DNA of 64,000 bases from Eledone cirrhosa (lineage: Eukaryota): NCBI GenBank assembly GCA_964016885.1, contig OZ024742.1, positions 244,776,001 to 244,840,000 on the forward strand, written 5' to 3'. Of the stretch, positions 24,586 through 36,400 are shown in pieces (the stretch's first letter is position 1; the number at the start of each line of letters is the position of its first letter). The translations under genes were made by a program, and so were the position numbers. The notes under the pieces were generated by a model. That model worked only from the letters and a program-made list of their open reading frames with translations, did not search any database and was not told the DNA's origin.

Positions 24586-24762
24586 ATTGGCAATATCAGT
24601 AGAGGGTTGGATGTTATGCTTTGCAGCATAGAGTTATGGCCCTTTACGGTCTGAGTTCAAATCTCGCCGAGGTTAACTTTGCCTTTCATTCTTACGGGGT
24701 CGATAAAATAAAGTACCAGTAATGCACTGGGATAATTGCTGGCCTTGTGCCAAAACAATTAT
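24586..24762 (+). mobile_element. Meta-domain SINE (plus strand)
   Basis: TTGGCAATATCAGTAG...GAGTTCAAATCTCGCCGAGG...GGGGTCGATAAAATAAAGTACCAG. Confidence 0.9.
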
Positions 24763-25024
24763 ATTATGTACCCTTTCCATGCCTGTGTAGGTTGGATGGG
24801 TTATCACAGTCCATGACTAAGCAGGTCAGGAGGACCACATCTTACTCATTGGTTCCATTTTTGGCATAGTTTCTACAGCTTGATGCCTTTCCTAATGCTA
24901 ACCACTTTATCATATATACTGAGTGTATTTTATCATGGGACCAGCACAACCACTTTAGAGAATATATACTGGGCACATTTTATAGTGGAACCAGCACTAT
25001 TAAGCATATTATATATATTATTGT

Positions 25025-25480
25025 GATCACTTTGATGTCCTTTCTTCCAAGCTTGCATGATTTCAATGAGTTCTCTCCACTACAGTAGTCTTCCACTTGT
25101 ATTTTTCCTTTATCATCTCCTTTGTAAGTTTCAGCATCGTGGAATCAGTTTCTGGCCATATTTATCTTGGCCTTTTTCTATCAAATATTATTTACACTTA
25201 GACCTCATGGTACCTCGCCACCCAACACCATCATTCATACACAATATGTACCCATCTATGCACAGCCTTCTCTCTTGCACACTACAACTGATCTTATATC
25301 CAATTTTTCTCTCAACTCATGTACTTTGTTATTTATGCACACTACTATTACACATTCAATGGAGCATGCTTGATTAAAAAAACAAAAATTTAACTTTTGC
25401 ACATCCTCTGCATTTAATGCTCATGTCTCACTACCATACAACTTCACACTTTGTACATAGACATAATATAGTTTATGCAT
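25025..25480 (-). mobile_element. RTE 3' fragment (related to 3160-4208)
   Basis: Minus strand reads KLYYVYVQSVKLYGSET*ALNAEDV. Confidence 0.65.
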
Positions 25481-26723
25481 TATAAACATATTCATGGCTG
25501 AGTGCTTAAAAAGTTTGTTCCATAGTCATTAAGTTATGGGTCCGATCTTGCTTTGTTGTATCTTGGAAAAGTCTCTTTAACTATAAGTCTGTTGATAAAG
25601 TTGGGTAGAGCAAAACTATGTGGAAACCAATCAGATGGATTATAGCAGCATTTCATAGGTCCAAGCCTCATCACATTATGTCGTGCTAATTATGTGTGAT
25701 AATTATGTTAAGGGCACACAGGTCTATGGGATACTCAACCATTTACACATTAATTTAATGAGTAGCATGTTTTTTACTCAAACAACTGAATGCTTATCAA
25801 AACTAACATAAGATTTGTTAAACCTAGAATTGACTGCTCAGTTGACTGAAAATCAAAGGGCATAATATGGAAATAAGCAACAGTGGATTAATAAATAATA
25901 ATAGATTTTTTTCATACAGCCAGTTTTTTATGTTAGAAAGCCATAATACATACTTTCTGAAAGTTGCTGAAGTTATCTCACTGGCCAAATTTTGTTTATT
26001 TATAATACTAACCCTTTAGCATTTACATTACTCTATATTTACTATTATATTTTCACAATAAACACTTTACCTCACATAATTATCTCACATAATATTGAAT
26101 CTATGAAATTTTGATATTGTTTATTTTGAGAACAATACCTTAACATCAGTATGAAAGGCCAGTTACAACTGGTTTGAACAGAAAGAGGTGAGAGAATTCT
26201 GGCCAGATTTGGCCGGTTTAAATGCTAAAGGGTTAAAGAAAACAATTTTGCTAATATTCTTTACTCTTCCCAATGAGTTTATTCTGAACATAATCAGCCT
26301 GGTTACTGTAATCACACACAATGCTATGCATACAAAACCATATTTTTTTCCATTCCTTAATATTCTGCACAGACATCTCCCACAGGTATACATCTCTCTT
26401 GTGATACTCTCAAAAAACATTCTGCAATTAGGACATGACAATCTAATCTTAATCAATAACATCAATATAGAGACAGCTCACAACTGAGAACAGGAAAAGA
26501 CACTGACAACACTGCCGTCGTCGTATTTGTTGATAACACACAAATTACTTCAAACACGCTATGCAAGACTTTGCAGTTTCTGATGAATTCTCAGCAATTA
26601 TATTTCCTTTACAACTGAGACTATATTTCCTGTTCAAGACAAGAAGATTATTCTATATCAGAGTACAACACCTATACAGCTATAGTATATATTATTCTAA
26701 GTGAGCACATATCACTTCAAAAT

Positions 26724-29238
26724 GTAACATAGTATATTGTGGTATGATGTAATGTTGTCACATAGTATATTGTGGTCTGATGTAAGGTTATAATATAGTA
26801 TACTAGCAGTGTATCCCGGCGTTGCACAGGTAACAACATTGGTAATAGCACCTCCAATGAGAAACGTTTATTTGTGAGTGCCTGTTAAAAACTCACGAAA
26901 ATATACCGACAGGAAACTTGTTTTATTTGGAGAAAATTAAGAAGTTGAAAGTACAGTTTAGCTATCTACGTGCATTATTCATAGAAATATTGTTGAACCC
27001 CTTTTTTTCATACTCCTCTGTTTTGGCCTTTTGGAGTAAATGTGAAAGAGAAAGTCACAGGTTAAGTTGGCAGAAGGTTCCAGTGCCATAGTAGTAAGGC
27101 GTAGGCTACTTACCTCAAAAGTTCATTCACACTCTTTCCACTAAGTTACTCTTTCTCTCTATCCCTGTCGGTGCAGTCCCTTGCGAATTTCTCACGTAGG
27201 CCTGGTGTAGATTTGCACCCGATCCATCTGCCTGATGCACATGTCCGCTTTTATGGCTTTTGGAGGAAGGAGTGACCAGCAGTATGTTGTTCGGTATTAT
27301 TACAAAAAGGTGTAGCAGAGAATCCCGCGTGAACTAACAGCTCGGGAGGAAACTGCTTACCTCGAAGATTCATTTGCCATCGTTCTTGTCAATGCTCTGT
27401 TTAGTTGGTATTTGTTGGTCTACAGTTAGATGAATGGCGCACAAAGGATTAATGTTTATTGGCAAGAAGTGGCAATTGGGCTGGCTTGCCTCGCTGATAT
27501 TATATAGTAAAATAACAGATTGAAGTTTAAGTAAAGAATCGCTACTTTCACCCTTAACGGGATCTTCTGAAACTAAAAAAATCAATCTGTGAACACAGAA
27601 GTAAATATTTCGAAAAATGTTGCAACTGAAGGAAAACAGGAAGATGCTACTTTGGTTCGTGAAGACGTTCCCTGGCAATGAACGGAAAATAGTGAACATA
27701 ATACGTCATCAATGTTTGTCAGAATGTCGTAATGCAGACAGCCAGGCATACAGACAGATATTATAAGGGCGCGATGGAGATGGATAACCGGCGCCTAACA
27801 CCCTTTTAACAATAGAAAATTGTGAAAAATAAAAGCTGCAGTTAATATCTTTAGACCGCAAGGAATCTATAAATGCAAGTTTGAAGTCAATCGGAGTAGA
27901 AATATGGATTTGTATAGACTTTGCAAAAATGAGGACTCACACACAGAGACAAACACAGTTTTATATATGTATAGATTGTGGTCTGATGTAACAGAGTATA
28001 TTGTGGTCTAATGTAAGGTTGTAACATAGTATATTGTGGTGTGATGTAAGGTTGTAACGTAGTATATTGTGGTGTGATGTAAGGTTGTAACGTAGTATAT
28101 TGTGGTGTGATGTAAGGTTGTAACGTAGTATATTGTGGTCTGATGTAAGGTTGTAACATAGTATATTGTGGTCTGATGTAAGGTTGTAACGTAGTATATT
28201 GTGGTGTGATGTAAGGTTGTAACGTAGTATATTGTGGTCTGATGTAACGTTGTAACATAGTATATTGTGGTGTGATGTAAGGTTGTAACGTAGTATATTG
28301 TGGTGTGATGTAAGGTTGTAACATAGTATATTGTGGTGTGATGTAAGGTTGTAACATAGTATATTGTGGTGTGATGTAAGGTTGTAACGTAGTATATTGT
28401 GGTCTGATGTAAGGTTAGGTTGTAACAGTATATTGTGGTGTGATGTAAGGTTGTAACGTAGTATATTGTGGTCTGATGTAAGGTTGTCTCATAGTATATT
28501 GTGGTGTTATGTAAGGTTGTAACGTAGTATATTGTGGTGTGATGTAAGGTTGTAACGTAGTATATTGTGGTCTGATGTAAGGTTGTAACATAGTATATTG
28601 TGGTGTGATGTAAGGTTGTATCATAGTATATTGTGGTGTGATGTAAGGTTGTAACGTAGTATATTGTGGTGTGATGTAAGGTTGTAACGTAGTATATTGT
28701 AGTGTGATGTAAGGTTGTAACGTAGTATATTGTGGTGTGATGTAAGGTTGTAACGTAGTATATTGTGGTCTAATGTAAGGTTGTAACATAGTATATTGTG
28801 GTCTGATGTAAGGTTGTAACATAGTATATTGTGGTGTGATGTAAGGTTGTAACATAGTATATTGTGGTGTGATGTAAGGTTGTAACATAGTATATTGTGG
28901 TCTAATGTAAGGTTGTAACATAGTATATTGTGGTCTGATGTAAGGTTGTAACGTAGTATATTGTGGTCTGATGTAAGGTTGTAACAGTATATTGTGGTGT
29001 GATGTAAGGTTGTAACATAGTATATTGTGGTGTGATGTAAGGTTGTAACGTAGTATATTGTGGTGTGATGTAAGGTTGTAACGTAGTATATTGTGGTGTG
29101 ATGTAAGGTTGTAACGTAGTATATTGTGGTGTTATGTAAGGTTGTAACGTAGTATATTGTGGTGTGATGTAAGGTTGTAACGTAGTATATTGTGGTCTGA
29201 TGTAACATAGTATACAAAGGTGATGTAACATAGTATAT
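26724..29238. repeat. 33-bp minisatellite (AGTATATTGTGGTGTGATGTAAGGTTGTAAC(A/G)T), ~38 units at 27976-29238 and ~2.5 units at 26724-26802
   Basis: Direct reading. The 11-aa QPYITPQYTTL repeat ORFs reflect the 33-bp period. Confidence 0.97.
26803..27975 (-). mobile_element. Non-autonomous Helitron, copy 2
   Basis: Minus strand A|TCTATACATATA...CTGCTAG|T, splitting a minisatellite unit (AGTATA^TTGTGG) with no TSD. Confidence 0.9.
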
Positions 29239-29919
29239 ACAAAATCTCTATTTAGAGAACAAGCAGTTTAACTCTGAAATGATTAGGTTACACACTCCAT
29301 CTCAAAAAGCTTTTTGTACAATAATTTTATAAGCCACACATTCCATTAAGGCATAATTCCACAAAATATCGATGTATTCAAGAAAAATAACAATTTTAAT
29401 TATTGTTTGACTTTGAACTGTTTGAATTATATTGTTCTGTTTGAAAATAGGACCTTCGCCTATTTTCGAAGTTAATAGAAATACAAATAGAGATATTCCA
29501 AACAAAACATAATGCTAGGTTTTGAACATTATGGTCTATACATTTCTGCCAGTCTGTATTTCAACATTTTTAGAAGTATTATTTCCTTTATCACATTAAT
29601 TTTATTAGGGAACCTGTTAATTATTTTGAAATTCGACAAAAAAACGTTTACCTGTTAATTGTGATAAAAATGTTAAGGAATGATTGTTCTAACATTATTG
29701 AGGTAACTTATCTTAGAATTGTTTTTCAAAGATAAAGTCATTATGGGGTTGGAGAAAGTTCTAATAATGGTAAGACCATTTCTTTACTGTTGTTGTTGTT
29801 GTAAATGTATTCAATCTAATCTGTCTTGACAGTCCAAAGATAGAGTTAGAAAAGGTTCAGAATTTCAGAAGAAAAATTGTATTGTACCACAGTATAGATA
29901 TCTGGTTCATCTTGTACCC

Positions 29920-30053
<134 letters not shown>

Positions 30054-30399
30054 GAACTTCAAAAGAGAACATTACACTGGGAGCATAACTGGGAACATTA
30101 CACTGGGAGCATAAATTAGTTGCAGTATGTTGTGCACTAAAAGTCAAATGTCAAATTTCAAGTGTAATTCTACTAGAATATGTAGTGAATTGGGGAACTG
30201 AAAGCATAGGTTTACTCATTCTAGAAAAGTAGGTAGATAATGAAATTAATATAGTTTGGGTGAATAATGAATTCTCACATTGGCACAAAGCCACACATTT
30301 GTAAGGAAGAAGACAATGAAATCAACTCCAGAAGGAGGTTATTGATTGGCTATAACAGGATTAATAGATGAATAAGATCATTTCTACAAGGCTTGCTAG

Positions 30400-30660
30400 T
30401 GAGAACTATCTCAGAAATGTTTTAATAGGAAAAGATTTTATTGTCCATGTGGAAAACGTCAGCCCTGACATATTTGCCTGCAGGAATGCTATCACTATTG
30501 CTCAAGATATGAAGAAAACACAAAGGCTCATGGAGTTTTGTGGCACAAATAGCCTCACTATTTGCAATATGAATTTCAGAAAAATAGCCAGCCAATTGGT
30601 TGCATATAAACTAATTAAGGTTGAAAGCTAAATTGATTTTTATCCTTTTCTGAAAAAAAA
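30400..30660 (+). mobile_element. RTE endonuclease fragment
   Basis: VLIGKDF..HV...RLMEFCGTNSLTICNMNFRKIASQLVAY...IDF. Confidence 0.55.
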
Positions 30661-30779
30661 AGACAGTACAAAATCCATTCTTGGTTTAGAATGCAATCCC
30701 AACTTATGAATTGATATCAAGGAAAAAGAATGTAAGATAAAGAGAAGAAACTTGAAAGAAGTAGATTAGCTAGAAAAGA

Positions 30780-31190
30780 TTCTGACAAGTAGCACAAGGC
30801 CAGCAATTTGTGGAGAGGGGAAAGTCGATTATATCAACCCCACTACATTACTGGTACTTTATTTTATTGGTGCTGGAAGGATGAAAGGCAAAGTTGACCT
30901 TGAGAGATTTGAAATCAGGACATAAAGAACTGGATCAAATATGAAAAAGCATTTATTTGACACTCTAACGATTCTGCCTTAAAATCCAAGCCTTAAAATA
31001 ATTGTTTATACTTTAGGCACAAGGCCAGCAATTACCCAGTGCATTACTGGTACTTTATTTTATAGACCCCGTAAGGATGAAAGGCAAAGTAAACCTCGGC
31101 GGGATTTGAACTCAGACTGTAAAGGGACGTAACTATGCTGGAAAGCATGGCGTCCGACTCTCTACCGATACTGCCAATCCCCCGCCCTTA
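30780..31190 (-). mobile_element. Two tandem Meta-domain SINEs (old long form and young short form)
   Basis: SINE consensus; 26-bp direct repeat flanks the second copy. Confidence 0.9.
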
Positions 31191-31349
31191 AAATCCAAGC
31201 CTTAAAATAATGGAAGAAAGGACATAGCAGAAAACTATCTGTTGGAGCTAGATCAAATCCTTGATGATATCAAAGGAGAAAAATACAGGATAATGAGTTA
31301 ACATTCAATGTCATGTGGTTGGAAGGTGTGTAGCATTTAGAATTGTAAG

Positions 31350-31984
31350 ATATGTTAAATGTATACATTGGAGCAGGTAGGAAAGTTTAATTATCTTGAA
31401 GCCATTTTCTTGAGTGATGGAAGGTAGAAGGCTGAATTAAATACATGAATTGTTGGAGCTGATGTAACAATGCACCAGCTTCGGTACTCAGTCACAGAAG
31501 AGGGAAGGTAGATGTCAAAACCAAATTCACTATCTTCAATTTGGTACTCATGCCTACCTTTACCTATGATAATAAATCTTGGGTAATGACTGAAAGAATA
31601 CGATCATGAATACAAATGGTTAAAATGGGGTTCCTCTGAGGGTTGTTAGAGTAACGTTACTCGATTGGGTGCATAGCTTGGAAATCAGGAAGTCACTCAA
31701 GGTAGATTTGCAATTTCTCCAATTTGAGAGATCACAGCTCCAGTACTACTGACATGTGGTTAGAATGTCTAAGGAAAGATTCACTAGGCAAACCCAACCA
31801 GCAGAAGACCCACAGGTTGACAACAAGCAAGATGGTTGGATAACATCCATGAGCTTGGTTAGTTTTAATTGGGGATCCAGCTAGGTCATTTGGAGATGGT
31901 CACTTCTGATAGGACTCTCTCGAAGGTATGTTTAAAGACTCTTCCCCCATGACCCTCCCAGGAATAAGAGAGCAAAGAAGAAGA
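31350..31984 (+). mobile_element. RTE family A 3' fragment
   Basis: Aligns to 37750-38295; (GAA)n tail. Confidence 0.85.
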
Positions 31985-33489
31985 TCTCACTGTGTAGCAC
32001 TTAAGGCAAGCGTATTCTATAACCTCAGGCCAACAAATGTCTTGTGAGTTATCATCACCATTTAATGTTTATTTTCCATGCTTTCATGGGTTAGATGGGT
32101 TGCCACATTATGAGGCTGGACAGGTGAAGTTACCACTTTTTGCTCATACATTTTGTTTTCGGTTTGGCTTTCTATGGCTAGAAATCTTCCTAATGCCAAC
32201 TACTTTATTGTGTGTACTGAAAACCAGTATTACCACCTTATAGGGTTGACTGGGTGTTTTTTTTTTCATGACATCATAGTAAATATAAACTGTGAGGAAG
32301 CTTGTCATATGTATGTACATGTGTGCATCTTCATATTGACACTATTTAAAGCAAGTAATGATGTTATGTTCCATATGAATAATACATCCGCTAAGACTTT
32401 AGGTCAGCATGGATTGGCATCCAGAAGAGCATCGGGTATTAGAATAACTACATCATAATGTCTTTTCTACCCCATGTCAACATAGAAAAGCAGCCATGAA
32501 AATGGTTATTATAATATTAAATAGAAAAATTACTTCCCAAGCAGTACATGCTTTCAAAAAAAGATTGACAGAGAGTCAACAGTTAGTGTGTCTTAATTTC
32601 TATATTTAGCATCCTAAATAAATATAGAAATTAAGACAGACTAACTGTTGCCTATCTGTGTGTCTATGTTTACGCATTTATATTTATATACTCATACATA
32701 TAAATGTATGCATATGTACATACACACACACACACACATATGTGTCAGCGTGTTGAAAAAAATCCTTGTATAGATATATTTGCAGCTCTCCAGATTGATA
32801 ATTAGATCCAGCAGTCATCTATGTATATTCCAGTATGCAATCATTGCATGTATGAGGGAAGGTGTCTATGGCTGAAAGTTAGGTCATGCTGCATTCATTA
32901 GGTTGGACTGTCTGTTTATGCCCCAAAACAATATCACTCCATGGAGTGGGCTGGGAAGGCAGTGATGGGAGTGGGGAAGATAACAATATGAAGGGGTGGG
33001 GTGGGGTGGAGATACATGGTGCTTGCTGGGAGGTGGCTTTGGCAAGGTTAGAAAGGTATTGATGGAAGGGAGGGACCTACATGTTTCTTGTCAAAGAAGG
33101 TGATGAGAGACAGGAGTGGCCTTACAGTGACGTTTGGAGGTACATTGATAGGTCGGGGGCATCCTACTTTCCATGTTGGTATGGTTGACCGAGGAAGGGG
33201 GAATTGCGGATCTGAATGTGGTAGTGATGGGCTGGGGCAGTAGTCTTTAAGTGAGGGAGTGAACAGCCAATGTCTAGCAGTGCCCTGCAGAAGGCATATC
33301 TCTCTTTCTATATTGGCATGGATTAGGTAAGGGAGGAGGATTCAGGGATGTGAATAAGAGACTAGCTGCATTTCATCCCACTAGAGTGAGGAGGTGAGTC
33401 TTCTGCAGTACAATACATTGCCAGTTGTATTGATCTTGTGTCATCTCCTTTATGAGGTTCAATTTTGTGAGGTCAAACCTGACCACAGA

Positions 33490-36400
33490 GAGGGGGGGGG
33501 TCCTTCTTGTTATGTAACATGAAATTCCATAATGCAAAACTAATTTTTCCATTGATTTTCATATTATGCATTACGACAGATTAAAGAAAATACAAGCAAT
33601 AGAATCACTTTTATGCACGAAAACAACAATTTCTGAACATATACAATATGTGTACATGAAAATATTTGAAGTGAAATGTTAGAGAATAGATGAAAATATT
33701 AATATAAGAGAGTACATTCTTACATCAAAAGATGTTGGCTACTGTATAGTGGTAGAATGAGAGTTACAAGGAGTATGTGGAACCATATCTTTTATCTTAT
33801 AGATCATCATCATCAACATTTGCTTAGGGATGAAGAACTTATCCAATGTTTGTTTGATGTTCCTGGCACATCTCTTTATACAGCTCAGTGTAGAAACTGA
33901 ACTCATTGTAAACTTCTCTTGCAATTTTTATGTTATGTTCATGATTAAGATTATTACCAGCAAAAACCTGAGGACCTTCCTTTATAAGTGACAACCTTTT
34001 AGTAATATTTTTTGCAGTCAATTTAAGTTGGGTTGGTGGAATTTTTGTATTCTCAGCTTGTTCTTGTTCAAACAGCATCAGCTCCTTGTTTGGTAAACTT
34101 TTTCTATGGGCCGCCACTAGCAACTTAACCACATCATTCTCAAGGACTTCTTCAAATCCTACATGATTTTCCAGTGTCAATTATATCTCTGAATTCGATG
34201 TAGACTTTCTGCTTGTGGATATCTTGTAAAGCGAATACAGTTTTGGCTATAAATTTTCTAAGCACCATTCAATGTTGAGGGTTTCACTTCATCCCATGAC
34301 TCATCTATGTTATCCTCAGCATCTATAATATTGACCTTTTACCAGAAGTCTCTAACTGTAGGTTTATCTACTCAATCAATTCCTTTCATAAGTTGTTTAA
34401 TCCTTTAGCATTTAAACCGGCCGTATCCAGCCAGAATTCTCTCACCTCTTTCTGTTCAAACCGGCTGTAACTGGCCACTCATAGTGATGTTAAGGTATTG
34501 TTCTCAAAATAAACAATATCAAAATCTCATAGATTCAATATCATGTAAGATAAGTATGTAAGGTAAAGCCTTTACCGTGAAAATCTAATAGTATATATAG
34601 AATAATGTAAATGCTAAAGGGTTAAAAGTTCTTTTCAGATAATATACTTGGTCTACTACACCTTGGTCCATTTGCTGGAGCAAATGAGTTGTATTTTGGA
34701 GGATATATTCTACTCTCACATTATCAGAAAACTCATTTAAGTTTACTGGGTAGCTTTGTGCAATGTCTAAAAAGAGCAATTCTTTGTTGCAGATATATCT
34801 AGTAGTACAAAAATGGTTGTAACCACTCTTCAAAAAGTTCTTAGTCACCCATTCTTTCTTATTTGAACACCAAATCGGAGATTAGTTAAATTTTACATTT
34901 TTAGAGTGATACATAAATAGAAGCTTTAATTTCATATCACAAACAGTATTTCCTCCCAGAAGAAGCATCAGATGAATTTTGGAATCTTTAAATCCTAGTG
35001 TTGATTTTTCTTCTTGAGAAATAAACATCAGCAGAGCTATTCTGCTAGGGAATGGGTCGCAGGTGGCAGATAGTGATACAGCTACCAAATATGATGCGAT
35101 ATAAGCAGACAGCTGCTGGTCAAATAACCAGCCCTGGACCACCAGTGGTAAACTACTAGGGATATAGGGCAATGAGTGACACCTATAGTTCCCAAGAAAA
35201 CTCTCACAACCCGGTGATGTAGCTATGATGATGCGAGTAAAGGCTGTGTCTAAAAAGCCTTTTCTTCACGGGTATGAGAAAGTACCAGATTGGTGACTGG
35301 TGTAAAAAAGACCACCAAAACTGCAATATAGTGAGAAGTACAAAAAGAACCATGTCTCCCGCCTGTGCAATCATTTCTGGTGCCACACCTGAATAGTGGA
35401 GTTTCCATTCTCCATCTGAATCTAAAGTGCCAGAGCTGTAGGTTAACAAGTGACATGCTCAGGTCTTAGGTAGAGGGGCCTGTTTGAAAAATATATTGCA
35501 GTTTCCATATCATTCCGCAAAAACTTGCAATGGGCCTGCAACCTGTCCTGGGAGGCATGGGATGGACACACAACGATTGTGTATCCTGAGACCCAAAAGA
35601 GGGTCTGGAAGGGAGCAAACCTTGACAATTGGAACCTGGAACATCACAACCCTTACAGGTAAGGAGCAGGAACTAAGGGAGGAAGCTAGATACTACCATC
35701 TAGATATAGTCAAGGTTTCCTCAATAAAGTACCGTGACTCTGGTACTGTAGATTCGGTTGGAGAATGGAAACTCCAGGTTGGCAACAGAAGCGACTGCAC
35801 AGGCAGGAGTTGGAATACTCACAAGTCCTTGACTGTCAGATCCTATTAGGAGGAAGGATTTGCCTCTTGAAGCTTAGGCTGTGGGTGGTGCAGGTTTATG
35901 CACCAAACAAGGAGTCCAAATACAGGTCCTTCCTTGAAGTCACTGCAGCATTAAATGTAGTTAAGACCAAGTCATCTATTCTGAAGGGAGACTTTAATGC
36001 ACATGTTGGCATCTGACATGAAAAGGAGTGACTGGAAGGAATGGAGAGGCTTTAATAAACTTCTATCTTAGCAATGGACTCTCTAAGATGAACATCTTCC
36101 AACACAGAGACATAAATATACATGGTATAAGGGGAATCAGGAACAGAGATCAATAATTGATTTTGTTATTGTCTCTGATCTCTTTGATTCTGTATAGGAG
36201 GTTTGTATTAAGAGAGGGGATGAGCTGTCAAAACTGATACCATCTAATTATCTGTAATTTGAGACTACCAAAAGCCAAAGAAGCCCACAAAACTGGCAGG
36301 TCCAGGTCGACCCACAGGATAAATTGGGAAGCATTGGTGGATAAGGGGGACACAACCAGGTCTGCAGATACTATTGCATCCAAATTCAGAGAACTCCCTG

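Noticed and set aside
26545-26655. Possible minus-strand terminal exon KYSLSCKGNIIAENSSETAKSCIACLK*
   Set aside because: Short and unrecognised, with a modest acceptor and no linked exons.
27887-29231. Long repetitive ORFs (QPYITPQYTTL)n, or a CRISPR-like array
   Set aside because: Pure 33-bp tandem repeat with no unique spacers or cas genes. The ORFs arise from a stop-free period divisible by 3 and are broken by frameshifting short units.
32760-33450. Purine-rich stretches (also 10900-11630) resembling Penelope-like 3' ends
   Set aside because: Too degenerate; no convincing GIY-YIG, RT or hammerhead motif readable.
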